Source of the DNA: Atractiella rhizophila
Lineage: Eukaryota
NCBI GenBank assembly: GCA_021432655.1
Contig: MU271309.1
Span: forward strand, 1 to 64,000
Reading direction: 5' to 3'
Length of the DNA stretch: 64,000 nt
The notes under the pieces: model-generated
Told to the model about the DNA's origin: nothing
What the model saw: only the letters and a program-made list of their open reading frames with translations
Databases searched by the model: none
Shown here: positions 1-13,149 of the stretch, in pieces
Position numbering within the stretch: position 1 is the stretch's first letter
Layout of the letters: every line of letters starts with the position of its first letter
Made by a program: the position numbers and the translations under genes

Positions 1-722
1 CAGCCACTTTGTCAGGACCTTGTCGCTGCGCTGATGAGCATGAGGCTAGCCCTACCAGGTATGGCACTAGCCCGCGTAGGGTAGAGCTCGGACGGGCGTT
101 GGTGGAGCAGAGAATTGGTTCAGGATTGAGGCGAGTACATCATTATATTACACCTCCACTCCACTGTTAGCTTACTTTTTTCAAGCAGTTCCCCACCCTT
201 ATGTGTCCGCATTTCCGAATCCTATCTCTCTCGCTGGTTTTGACGGCTACAAGGTACTTCACACGCAAGGTTGGATTCCGCAACTCATCGAGATGCCAAG
301 CGTCGTCCTCTTCCTCGAATTCCCTAGTTTCTTCGAAATCCCTTCCAGCTCACACACTATATTGAGGAGTCCTTCGTGCCACGAGAATGCAGTTGCTCCT
401 GCATTCCGTCGCCTGCATGTGCCCATCCCTGCCTGCGCGATGGAACAACTTCGAAAGCCCTCACTTCAGTAGATTCTCGCCGCCAAATATGACATTACTC
501 CTCCAGATGTGATATCTTACTGCGTTGTTGAAGGATCCACCCCGGAGAGAGCATCCATTTCTGTGAGAACATGACCTTGTTGTCGCTATCTTATTTGATT
601 GCTATCTAGATGTAGGTTCATTCCAAGTCAAGCCCCTCTTGTTTCCTATATCCAGCTGTGACCTTCCAAACCTCCCTCGTCCCGCTCCTGCTCTTATCCG
701 CACTAATAGAGATGCCAACAAG

Positions 723-850
723 TAGGACTCGCAAGTACAGGTACCCTTACTCATGAGTATCAATCAGCTTAAAGCCTGATTTGTAACTTGTTGTGACCTT
801 TGATACAGGTACCCTTGTACTCATGAGTACTACTCACGGGTACCCTTGTA
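723..850. repeat. Orphan transposon-like terminus with palindromic subterminal repeats
   Basis: Starts TAGG, as the TSD-verified hAT ends in this window do. It is followed by two copies of ACAGGTACCCTT(GT)ACTCATGAGTA (containing the palindrome TACTCATGAGTA) and a third GGTACCCTTGTA. No partner end was found. Confidence 0.4.
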
Positions 851-1560
851 TTAACTTAGACTCTACTCATCAACATAATTTTACAGTTTAGGTACATTAG
901 TTTATATAGATGACTTATTATACATTACTTATGGTTTAAACACCACTATTACTTGTATCTCAGAGCCAGATAGAGCCATTTTGAATGTGAAAAAGATCAA
1001 AAATTGATATAAAACTCTCTTTAACTCTTTCAAATAAGTACTATGGGTTACGGAGATATTGAACATACCTAGATATTGAACACCCATATATTAAAAATTT
1101 TTCAAAATATACATCAATTCCTTAGCTTTTGTATATTCAGGATCACCTACTATCCACGCACATTCTCACAAAAATATCTAACCGGTTGTGGAATCGGTCT
1201 TTGAGATATTGTAAAAAAAATGACATCGCTCCTAAACCCCCAGATTTCTAAGAATCTACATGCAAATTCATATCTTTTTTGTGCTCAGATTCAAAACAGA
1301 AGGCTCAGAAGCAACTTCTCATTGTTTGAAAGTGATTGGTCAAAGTGGGGCCAGATGGTCAGTTGTTGAAAGTTGCCAATGCTCAGCTCCACAGATGCGC
1401 AACAGACTGCGCAATAAAGTTAAATTGCGCACTTTGACACGACCTTTTGGGTCACATGGTGCCGGAAACACGGACTTGGACTTGTTATTCATAATGCGCT
1501 GTCCCCAGTTGCGACTTCGACACAGTTCCTTCCTCTCCAGCACACGGCAGCATCCCTCAA

Positions 1561-3389
1561 ATGCCCCCGAAGAAGAAGGAGTTAACAGAGGAGGACTGGG
1601 TGGCAAGAAAGGAAAGAGATTTGGTGGAGGCAGCAGACATTTACTGGAAGAGTCAAAAAGAAGAGCAGATCAAGAAGGGGTGCGCACTTTCCTATCGGCA
1701 AGTGGCACAGCGGTATTCCTATCCAGATGGAAAGGGTGGTTTTGTGTTTATGAAGCATACTACTCTCAGGAACCGCTGTCAAGGAGGATTAAATGCTGTT
1801 GAGAGTCACTTGAGCCAAAGATTATTAACTGAAGGCGAAGAAGAAGGTTTAGTTGACTGGCTTCGATGGGTTGGGGGATTCTGGACTTCCCTCTTAGTAA
1901 AAGAGGCCTATATTTGGTGGTCAAGAAGATTGTTGGAAGACGGCCAGGACATGGATGGTACTATCGTTTTATGAAGAGGAATGGGAAAACGATCAAAAGC
2001 TTCAAAGCAAACCCTCTTGATCCGAAACGAGCACAAGCTTTTCAATCGGAGGAATGTGCAATCTTATTATGATCTGCTAGAAAAAAAGATTGAGGAGTAT
2101 GGCTTATTAGCAGAAGATATAACAAATATGGATGAGAAGGGTTTGCAGTTAGGAGGAGGCCGCAAGATGGGGATGCGACGAGTAATTGGACCTGCGGAGC
2201 GACAGGCTATCTATCGTGCGAAGTCAGATAAGCTAGAATTGATCACACTCATTGAGTGTGTTTCTGCAAGTGGGCAATCGCTGAACCCACTCTTTATTTT
2301 CTCGGGAAAACGGTATCAGAAAGGCTGGCTCCAAGGGTTGACGGAACAACAGAGGGACGAGATTTTGTTCATCTTTCTCTATATCCATTAGTGGAGTGTT
2401 GTTGACATTAAAATTGCTTAGCGTGGCTGTTTCCAAAAATGGTTGGACGGATGAAGTACTTGGCTATCTGTGGTTCACGCTGGTCTATGTACCATGGGTT
2501 AACAGCCGGGCAAATCCAAGACGTCCCTGCCTTCTTATTGTCGATGGCCATGGCTCTCACTCGTCGGCACTCATTATCCGCTACGTTTGGGAACATCTTC
2601 ACAATATCGTCCACATCATTTGCCTGCCGCCACACACGACGCATAAACTTCAACCGTTGGACGTCGGTGTTTTTGGACCAATCGGAAAGGCCTGGAGCCA
2701 GGTCACGGACGATATGCTCGAAGAAGGACGTGATATTTCAAAGAAAAAACCTCAATTCAAGGTATTTGAAGTGTCGTGCAGATGGTCTGAAGCCATCAAC
2801 AATCGTCAACAGTTGGAGAGCCACTGGTGTTCAAGTTGATGATCTTTCTGGAGCAGTATCAATTGATCGCAGTCACTTCACAGAAGCTGATTTTGCACCA
2901 GCTCGGTATTCATCAACACGCACACAGTTTCCAGACTGCATTCCTTCCGACCTTCTCAACTTTGACGATCCTGCTCCTACTGAAACACCTACCTCTCCCT
3001 CTCTGCAAGATGATAACAAAGCAGATGGTATCCAGGTTAGGGATATTGCCCTAGAACCATCGACAATTCATGCCGGATTCCAGCTTATCAACCTCCACAC
3101 CTCACAAGCCTACTCAGATCAAGAACTCGAGGCTCGCAAATTTCCCATAATCCGGTTGCCTCCCATTTCATCTGCTTCCAATGCCGGTAGCGACATTGAT
3201 CAACTGCCAGATAACCCTTCGCAATCACAGTCCGCTCCCTCCTTATCTTGTACTCCCATCCAACGGACTAATCCCGATGTAACCATTCCAATCTCCTTAA
3301 CCAGTCCAATCAGGCCTCGTGATTTCTATCCAAAGAAACCACTTCATCGAGCCATTAACTTACGATTTTGTGATCTGCAGAGTGAATAA
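1561..3389 (+). pseudogene. pogo/Fot1-type (Tc1-mariner, DDE_1/CENP-B-like) transposase, frameshifted
   Basis: HTH-like N-terminus (LLTEGEEEGLVDWL, PGHGWYYRFMKRN), then NMDEKG, LLIVDGHGSH and LPPHTTHKLQPLDVGVFGP. These are spread over several frames with a probable intron at ~2367-2420. Confidence 0.9.
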
Positions 3390-5204
3390 ATCCTTACTCC
3401 TTATTCTGTTCCTTTCTCCTCAGCCTTTCACTCATGGCCGAGCCGTCCTCATTATTTTTCTTAACCATCGGTCAGAATGGTCTAGGTGCATCCATTTGTA
3501 TCATGTCTGAGACCAAAAAGACATGAAGAATGTGGGCATTCTTCAGAAATCTAAAATGTATCCCAATCCTCTTCAGCCTTTAATTATGATTAGTCATTAA
3601 AATACCGTACCGTCCTACCAGAACCTATCGTCCACTCAGGTCTGATGGGTGAGATGACAATATTCTCCTCCCCATCCTCGTCTCGTTCGTTGTCTTCTCA
3701 TCTGACGGACTGTTGGCAGACTGTGCCAGTCCTGGGCACTCGTCCAACAGGACGAACCAGACCGTAGCCATCCCTATATTCTTCCATCCAAGTGTTGAGG
3801 CCGCTCAAAAGAAGCCGCTCAAGTACTATGATGAAAGGAGGAAGTGGAGGAACTATAATGTCATGGCTGGCTATGATCAAGGAAGCCGAGGTGAAATTGA
3901 GCAGGATTTAGGACACAGTTCGGATTTATGGCATGTTATACGAAGCAGAGCCAAAACAAATGTAACTTCAAGTTACATTAATATCATTTGGCATTTCATC
4001 AAGTACTATGCTGGTTGAATCATAATGAGCAAGAGTAAAGGGACGACAAGGTAGTTTAGTAACTGTATTAATTCCAGGGAATGTTGAAAATGTGGATGAA
4101 CAAAGTACATAGTCATAAATGCACATTTGCAATACTAACGACTACATTGTCAAAGTGTATCGTAGTTAAACGCTCATCGTGGGACTCATTTTAAGTCAAA
4201 ACAGAACTAATGCAGAGACGCTTTGAGGCAAGGTACTATAATCTGCCGTGGGGTTGAGCAAACATTAAAGGGGGGGAAAGCCACCTTCAAAACAGCAAAT
4301 CACACTTGCGCTCGAAATAGATCCTAATCCAACTGTGAACAGCGCCAATGGAAGCGCTAGCCACACCTGTTTTAGAACGTACTATCTATGATAATGTTCA
4401 TTGCAAAATAAAATAACCGAAGAATGAAAACCTCACCTCAAAATTCCAAACTACAGTTAATCACCACACTATCAAATTTCGCTGTAGATAGTCACGGGTT
4501 CTGTACTGCACCAGGAATGCCTTGAGTTAACGGAATATTCGGCGGGATAAATGAAGGGAGCAAGAAAGCATATCACCGCCTTCAGATTGTGCGAAATAAA
4601 TGGATCAACAGTGTAAATTTTAACTATAATGGGCCTTAAGTCCTAACCAAAGTCGTAGCAACGGATTCCAATATATACCAGTTGAGACAGTTGAGTGAGG
4701 ATTAGGACAAAGTGAGTCAGGTCGCACCATCATCTGCAGAGTCAAAATTAATGAGACGCTGTCACATTTATCACCACTGCGACATTAAGACAAATCAAGC
4801 CATACAAAATAGCGCTTATGTGTTAAGTCTAGCCAATAACCCATTCCCTACACCTTCTCAAACACCTGGTCGTCCCCCTGACATTGTGAACCACTCCCAG
4901 CCGTTAAACTGCCCCTCTTTTCGATGTCTCTCCTCTCACAGCCGTCGTCAAGGTACAAGCTGTCCCGCGATCAATGATGACCACGTAGCTGAGGTGGAGG
5001 CCCGACTTGTGCAGTAACATATCAGTTAATGAGATCATGACAAGAAAGATGAAAGCATACCTTTTATGCCGTTACTTATATCATCGCGACCATTGCGAGG
5101 GCATATTAAAACTAAAGAGGGTATGAGAGGAGGGCAAATGGGCAGGAGAGAACGACGAATGAGAGAAAGGGATTAGGGTTGTGCCAGTAGGAACCCTCAT
5201 TCAT

Positions 5205-5610
5205 TTAACTCAGCTGTTGGACGTAGCTAGTTTCCATCTGGGCACTCCGAACCGGGTCATACAGCGAGCGACTAACTCCCAGCGTTGCAGGTGCAGATGG
5301 CAGCCAGCCGTTGCTCAAGGTAGTGTCATGCAGTTGAGACCTAGCCTCTTCCTCTGTCCCACGCCTCTCTGTTGGATGCAGACTCTTCATGTGTCTTCTG
5401 AGATTACTATGGACGTTGAACCGCCTCTTGTATTTAGAACAGCTGTGAGGCTGTTCACCAGAATGGGCAAATATGTGCGTGTGGAGGGCTGGAGGACGGG
5501 CAAATGATCGGCCACAGAGCGGACACCCATCTATCCATCGACTTAGCTTTGCTTCTTGTACGTAGTATAGGAAAGTCTCACGACGCTTTGGTTCCTCTTT
5601 TGTGTGCTTC
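5205..5610 (-). CDS. Tandem C2H2 zinc-finger protein (probable transcription factor), possibly degenerate
   Basis: Manual translation upstream of ORF 5205..5390 gives CPLCGRSFARPPALHTHIFAH-SGEQP-HSCSKYKRRFNVHSNLRRHMKSLH. A GT-AG intron at ~5531-5581 joins it to EEPKR. The second finger has C->Y, and an in-frame TAG lies further upstream. Confidence 0.7.
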
Positions 5611-6084
5611 TCCGGGTTGCTACACTACTGGAGTGCTGACCATGGCGATGTACTCCCACGTTTGGAGGAAGTAAAGCCCCTATCCCTTGACCGCAGTGCA
5701 TTTGGGAATGTGAGCTATGGCGAGCGGCGTGTCCCGGTTCAGTCCCTTGAGGATTCAGCCACGAAGCGTCAGTCGACAGCGGGACACAAGTGGACGACGG
5801 TGCTGTCAGTCTTAATGGCCGAGGACATGGCCTGCCCATTGAAACTGTGATAGCGCGGCCAGTTCATCATGTTTGGTTTCTTCTGCTTGGTAGGGGCCAT
5901 ATTAGTTTGTGTGATGGATGAAGGGGTACCAAATGCGATGACCTCGACTCCAGCTATTTGTCATTCCAGGAGGCTGAGACTGCAGATCTAAAGGAACAAA
6001 GAGCTGACCCAGAACAGGCATGCGACCACGAAAGCTTCTGTAAAAGAAGTGTCATAGCTTGCATATTCAGAGCGAAGACAATAG

Positions 6085-7356
6085 CATACCCATTACGTCA
6101 CCCTGATTTGCGAAGACTCACCATTGCGGAGAAGGTTTACAAGGTGCTTGAGGAGTTTGATGTCTGTGAAAAGGTGACTTCATATTTCTGACCTTTATCT
6201 TTCACTGTCTGCTCAACGTGTTCCGACAAGGTCATCCTTCCCGTCGCTGACAATGCCTCAAACAACGACACCTTCACGAAAGCCCTTGCTGACCTCAACA
6301 AGTTCCCTCGGATGGTGCGCTGGGGAGGATTGCCTATGCGTGTTAGATGCTTTCCGCATATCTTAAACCTCATTGCAAAGGTTAGCTGTTTTACTAATCC
6401 CTTTTGTGTCACTATTGAACTAATAGCGTGATCATAGGCATTCATCTCACGCTTTAAGCGTCCCGTAACCAAGAAGTCCTCAGTTGACGGAGTTGGGACA
6501 TCTGTTGCTCTGGATGAAGCTGCATTAGCAGAACTGGATTGCGAAATCAATGAGTCGGGGTTTGGGGATGAAGCAGACATCATTGGTGAGAGTCCCATAG
6601 AGTCTGGTTCATCAGTGCTTACCAGATTACAGGCACTTCGGACGAAGCACAGGCTGATAAAGCTGCCATCATGGCAACAGAATGCTCCGCGAAACAGGAA
6701 TGCGAAGCTCGCTTCACACTCACCAAGGTTTGCCCAGTTGTTCTGACTTACAACTGAACTTCTGACTGACATTCCGTTGGATCAGATCACTAATCTGGCC
6801 AAGAGGGTTGAGGATAGTGATGCAATACGCACAAGCCTGGAAACCGAAGTTCTCCAAGCGCAGAAAGACGACCCAGCCGGATTGCTCAAGCACTTCAAGC
6901 CGCCAATTCACCTTGTTCGTGCTTGCCCCACTCGATGGAACGGTGAAGGTGCAATGGTCAATCGTGCTCTGCAGCTGAGGGAGCCGATTGCAAATGTCTG
7001 CGGAAAGCCAAGGCTGAAGCTGGAGAAATGCCGACTGACAGGGATGGAGTGGTCGATCTTGGATGAACTTGTTCCGTCGTTTGATGTGAGTCGTTTGTCC
7101 TTTATGACGAGCATGAAGCAATGTGCTGAAATGGATTCTACTCTAGCTCTTTCAGGAGACGAGCGACAAGATGTCACAATCCGACAGCCCAAATCTGGCC
7201 CGTGTGATACCAATGTTTAACAACATTGGCATTCACCTTTCCCGGTTGTATGAAGATTATCAGTTGGATGGTGAGTGGCATTTCGCCGACGCGCATATGG
7301 CTATTCGGAATGGTGCAGAGCGTGCCCACAAGCTGCTCGACAAGTATTTCTCCTGA
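6085..7356 (+). pseudogene. hAT transposase, internal fragment
   Basis: DNASNNDTF, RVRCFPHILNLIAK, CPTRWNGEGAMV and LDKYF. Homologous to the transposases at 26516-29730 and 58072-61273. It ends abruptly against Helitron sequence. Confidence 0.9.
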
Positions 7357-9460
7357 AAATTATTAGAGCTGAACTCTTTAACTTGATTCACTCACCACCT
7401 AGGACCAAAATAACTCCACCAAAAGGTGCATCTATTTTGTGCATGTCTCTAAGCATCCGGTCAACTGCTTCAAAGCACCATCGATGGCTCATTCCTACTT
7501 CATCCAAATTATCAATTCTGCCTCATGGCAAAGTCGTCCATGATCACTCTGAGCAGTAATACTACAGACTGAGTTGGCATCAATGTCCAGTGGGATCCGG
7601 AAGCATGTATGGGCCGTTTGTCCTCCTTCCAGCAGTATAGCGGCATTACCTGAAGAGGCCACTGCTAGTGTAATCTTTCTAGATGACTGAACCTTGGCAA
7701 GAAGTAAATTTTCTACAAATGTCTTTCCGTTCCCTCTTGGTCCATCGATAAAGAACAATCCACCATCACCTTGCCATGCTGCTACAATCGTGTCATAAGC
7801 ATGACATTGATCTTTGTTTAATAATGGCAACTCTGTCTCAAGGCGTGTCTGAAGTAATGATCGATCATATGCAAGCTCTTCACCAATCCTTGTCTCTCCT
7901 CCTCATCTCTCAAACCGCTCTGCCGGTTGTGGTAGTCCAAAATCAGTTAGAGTTTTACCATACGCCTGGAGAAGATCTTCAATTTCAAGGAGACAAAGGC
8001 TGATAATCTGCTCCTGTGTTGGATCGTCTGTGCTGTGCTTTATTTGTAGAAGATGTTTACAATCATCGCGGAGCTGCCCATTATGGCCATCCCATAGTCT
8101 TCTAGGTTCACTGGCAACACCAAATAATAGAATATAGACGAAGAGAGACCGCATCACAAAGCCATTCTTAACTGCACTGGCTTCATCAAGGCAGAAATCC
8201 CATTCTTGATCACTTTCTAACAACTCAAGAGCCATATACAGCCTTAAAAGTCTTGTAGATGGTTCCATCTACTGTCCGGATATCTTCAAAAGATTTTGGG
8301 CTGACAACTTTATGGAGGAGCATTCGGACATAGAATCGTTCCCTTTGTGAAGGTGCAACGTGATATATGCATCCAATGGCTTCTTGCCGCTCCTGAATTT
8401 CCAAGAGCATGTGGCTGACTTCCAAGTAAGGAATTAGGGCACTCTTGGATAGGTAAGGTCTTCAGTAATGTTGGGGTTTTCCCTACAGTAGGTGAAGAAC
8501 TCAGTCAATATCGTTTTGGTGACATTATTCCTGTTGAGAATGTCTCCCAGTGACTCATCCTGGGGATTAAAGGTCACAAAATGCCTATTAGGAAGGTGTA
8601 TTGCCAGGCGGATAACCAGTGTAGTGGGAAGTGGAAGATCCGGTAACAGGCTAGAAAGATAAATCAGACTACCCATAATATCATGTTAAGCATTACCTTC
8701 AGAAGATCCGATAAATCTAGCATCCAAGTACTCTTGAATCTCATCCAGAACCCTCACACCTTCACCTCTTGCATGATGAAGTACAGCTTGTGCCCGATCA
8801 TTTCCTTTGTAGACATATTTGAAGACGTATTTGACTGATTTAATGGAGATGCAAAGCTCCACATTGATGTGAGCTACAAACCTTAGAAAGACATAAGCAC
8901 TGAATGGTACGACCTAGCGATTGTCGTAAATAAATCTGTTCGGTGTCTTCTGAAATTTGCGTCCATTGTTACATCGCCGATAGGTGGGATAACCATCTTC
9001 GTTGATGCCTGTTTCTTGTGCAAAGGGCTTTAGAAACCCTTTGCCACAGATTTTTCTCCCAGGGTTCTTAGGATCATCTATCATGCACGGAGCATCTGGC
9101 TTGATATCTCCGCAGGGTCCATGGAGCATGTGATTGCAGACAATGTCAAATAACTCAGGATCGGTGTCCTTGTCAGGCAATTCAGCAGATACTATGCGGT
9201 CAATAGCCTCAACATCCCGGATGGTGTCTTCGGCATTGAGAATGATGAGGATGTGAGCATGAGGCAGACCACGTTTCTGAAATTCGATCACCCAGACAAA
9301 GCCAACTGTCCATCCAAAGATTGAGTTATCTTTGATGTCCTGCATATAGGCCTTCACCTTCACGTTGAAAACCCTAGAGACCAAGTCTGGCCTATCTGCA
9401 GCTGTTTGTCCAGGAAGCAGGGCTTCTGTGATTTCGGGCCATCGAGGATTGCAGGTGAAT
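7357..9460 (-). pseudogene. Helitron Rep/PIF1 helicase, truncated and frameshifted
   Basis: FTCNPRWPEI..DRPDLVSRVF, VIEFQKRGLPHAHIL (HUH Rep), HMLHGPCG, HINVE..KYVFKYVYKG, and helicase motif I FFIDGPRGNGKTF followed by AVASSG..GGQTAH. Confidence 0.95.
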
Positions 9461-9464
9461 TTCG

Positions 9465-12092
9465 AACGCTCACCAAATACTCCTCACGGGAAACTTCAGG
9501 GATAGCAGGAACCCACAAACGGGATGCGAAGGCTCCCAATACCCTCCATACTTCCCAGAGCTCCTTCGACATCAACCTGTCATCAACCATTGGTCGCGTC
9601 GCCCATGTCATGACCTGCATCAAGATCTTCAGTTCCTTTCCTACCAGTGATCCTCCATATTGGATGAGGTATTCGGCATTGATGGATGATCCAGAGTCGA
9701 GCGTGGCAGTACATGCTGCCTCAAGTTGAACCCGAAGTCGCTCCTTGAAGGTCGGTGTGATCTTGAAGATTGTGCAAGCCCAGACATACTTGACAATTCC
9801 CAGAAGAACCGTATGAAGTACTTCAACTGGTGTCTGCTGCGTGATGTCAAAACCTGTGGTTCCAGTCAGTACTGGTTCTTTGTTTAACTCTCCTACCTTT
9901 GAACTTGTACAGTAAAAATGGATTGCAATATGTTTTTAAGAGAATCTTGTCGATATCCTCATCGAGGAGTTCTTGACGTTGGGGAAGGGAGTATTTGCCG
10001 CTTTAAGACTTTTGCCATGAGAGAAAAGGGTGCTGATGAGATTCTTTGCGATATTGTCGCGTGTTCCGCTACTCGTTTGAAGGTCATCAAGTCGCTTTTG
10101 CACTGCTTCCTTTGTCACAGCAAAAATTTCGTGTAGATGTGAGATGATTGAGGCAGCAGAACGACACTCTCCGATCTGTTGGACTGATCATCCTACCATG
10201 GCAATAGGAAAGATGAATAGCGAACCTTTAATACTGTCTCAAATCCAGATACGGTTTTCTTTTCCTTTGTTGTACCGCCATAACGACAAACACGACAAGG
10301 GAAGTTGGCTATAACTCCCATATGGCTTGCAAGTTCCACGAGCATAGGATTATCACCCACAACGAGGATAATCCATGGTCGAATTAAAACGTGTTGATGC
10401 AGAAGACAATCGTAGACTTTCAAAGGTTCAGCAAACATTTGGCTACTTGAGGACTAAGAAGAAATGTGCATTATGAAAGGAAAGACGTACTCAAACTGCT
10501 CTACAATGGCAACTGCCATCTCGAGTGGGTCAGCCTTGCTTGATGTAGCAAGAAACCGGATGTATCCCTCGAGCTCTTGGACCTTTCTTTTCAGTGTGGC
10601 ATTACTCGCGTATAGGTTGTAATGTTTGTTCCATTTTTTCGATCGAGTGCCTGAGGCATCGTCACAAAAAATTTGGATTGGAACATCAAAAACCGGCAAT
10701 CCAGCAGCTTTACGACGAAGCGGGTTCGGAATAGCATGGGGTAAATCTAGGAAGAGATTAGACAGGGCAGAATGTTAGTGTCAACTTACCACACTCCTTG
10801 AATGTCAGCTGAGTTCGTGAGTTGAGCTCGTGCCAAAGCAATTTCATACTGTTGCATGGAAATGTTGTCCTAGATTCAGATTTCAAAACCCAATATCCGT
10901 CAGCTGCTTTCACAAAAACCGAAGCTTCGCCAAATTGTTGTCCGTCATCTTCAAACCAGCAACAAGGCCACACAAATTGGCCATCTTCCAACTGGACGGG
11001 TTCGTGAATGTAAGCATGGCGTACAGCTCCTGTATCGTTCCAGATCATAACCATTTGAGGGCAGTGAGTTTCCGGCACGTCTTGATTAAGGAACTCTCCG
11101 TCACAGATTTCATTCAAACCTCCATTTCGTCGAGGATAGAGATTCATCTCTTTCCGACACAGAGGGTTGCCAAATTCCTTTTCAATAATTAGATTATGAC
11201 CAGACGAGACATAACATTAACTCACTCTCTTCAGAAAGTTGGCAATACTATTGGTATAAAAGATGTTGCCATTGCATCCGTCGTGCCTGCTTTGTTGGAG
11301 ACCACCAAGAGCCTCGACAATTTTCTTCCGTTCTTGCTGAACCGCGTTGAACGTTGGAACATTCGAGGCATTCATGGCTCTGGCATATGCCAGAATGATC
11401 TTGATCATTTCGTCACTGACGGGATGTCGTGGTATTGTAGTGATCAGATGTGTCAAGAACAACTAGTAAACATCAATCGAATATTTCATGCTGGAGACAT
11501 CAACGCACCGACTTGCTACTGAATGGTGTCCAATTTTCTCCCACATCACGAGCCATTGCAGTAACTATGCTTCCCAATGCATTATCAATATCTATATCCA
11601 CCGTAGAACCACTCATATAAGTTGCCAAGTATTCAACTTCCATCTCAGCGGCAATAGCATCAGTTGAAGCCATAGCTTGCCAGAAATACGAGTCTTCGCG
11701 ATGTGGGAGTTCAGCAATTGCAACATCGCGTGCATCGAATCCTCTCCAGTTCTCAGTTGACGAATGGTTGGTTTGGGAGAAGGTAACAGACTCCGTGTCC
11801 AGACTTGGCGCACAAGATGTGAGGGCCGGAAGTAAGGTTGAAGGGATTGGTAATGATGAGATGGATGTGGAGCTTGAAGTGATAGGCTGGGCCAGCTTGA
11901 GGGCATTTTGATGGCGAACATTTTTGAGGTGCATGTCAACTCGTTTAAATGCTTCTCCGCCACACAGACCACAGTTGTAAGAGATGCCATTACCAGTTAT
12001 ACCTGATTCAGCGTGAGTATTGGTGTGTCTGAAGCAGGAGACTTACCGTGAGGCAGACCAAACTCACCATCCTTTTGCTTCTTCGGTGGCAT
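9465..12092 (-). pseudogene. Plavaka/CACTA-like fungal transposase ('DDxSG..SKKWNKH' family), 3'-truncated, multi-intron
   Basis: FCDDASGTRSKKWNKH, VGDNPML..HMG..CRVC, TPVEVLHTVLLGIVKYVW and SLVGKELK. The N-terminus has a zinc finger (CGLC..H..H). ATG is at 12092. The superfamily label is from motif memory. Confidence 0.75.
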
Positions 12093-12242
12093 TTTAACCG
12101 GTATAAAGCCAGCTGCTGCTCTTATTCAAGGAGGACTTGAAGGATGTGTAAACTGAGAAATCCGGAGGAGACTGGGGAGACGATTGCGGGATAGTAATTG
12201 CATTCGAGGGTATATCATTTTATACATGCACTAGGGCAGAGG

Positions 12243-12842
12243 TCAAACATTAAACATCATAGAAGGAAAGCCGAACTGATACTCACCCGTGCTATCCAAT
12301 AGCCTACGAGGTTGCATGTATGACACAACCACTTCTATACTCTCCTTCGACATGCTTCTAATCGGATAGAAAATCATATCCAAACCCATTCTATATCTTC
12401 GGTTAAATGAATGAGCAGTCATGCAGCAGGGCAAGGGAAAAGGGCTAAACAAACCATTGAGCATGAGGATTACATGCTTTGGATGCCTTTTGGTAAACAA
12501 ACAACCATAAGACATCGGAAAGAGCCTTTCAGGTCGCTGGACTAGAACGTTGGATATGGTAGCGGACGAGAAGTTGAAAAACATCAATTTGGTTAGTCGG
12601 TCGTCCTCACCATGCAGGGCAACTTCATCATCCGTTAGCAGCTGTATCGTTTTGGCTATATTTGCCCTAAGTAAGCGGCATAGATCAGATGTACAAGTTA
12701 GAAGAGATGGAGGTTGAGGATGCTTACGTGCCTGCTGAACCGATCCAAAACAAACACCTTGGCGCCAAAACGTATCTACCTTGATATCACCCATCATACT
12801 AGTTGTCCAAACTGCTGTCATCTCCTTTATTTGACAATGCAA
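12243..12842 (-). CDS. Hypothetical ORF (199 aa) inside the Plavaka-like element region
   Basis: Long ORF only; no recognised domain. Confidence 0.25.
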   Translation of the reverse strand: MHCQIKEMTAVWTTSMMGDIKVDTFWRQGVCFGSVQQARKHPQPPSLLTCTSDLCRLLRANIAKTIQLLTDDEVALHGEDDRLTKLMFFNFSSATISNVLVQRPERLFPMSYGCLFTKRHPKHVILMLNGLFSPFPLPCCMTAHSFNRRYRMGLDMIFYPIRSMSKESIEVVVSYMQPRRLLDSTGEYQFGFPSMMFNV

Positions 12843-13149
12843 AGCTGAGCGGTCTATTGACTGTCAAATTTGAAAACTGAAGAAACGCAATGGAGAAGTG
12901 AGAAGACCGTACGAGCAACCATACACATCATGCACAGTTCAAGCAAAACTGCAATAACAATGCACAAGAATAAAGCAAAACACAATAACGGGCGTGCGAA
13001 GAGGAGAATTGGATGATAAGATCAATCAACAGACCAAGCAAGTAACTGTATATAGAGTGGGACTGAGGAAATGGCAGTGATTGAAATAGTATAAACATTA
13101 CAATATTAATTTGCATAGCTACTATATGGATTACTTAAGGCAAAATGTG

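Noticed and set aside
3713..4018. EAAQKKPLKYY resembles an hAT helix
   Set aside because: Too short, with no other hAT motifs nearby.
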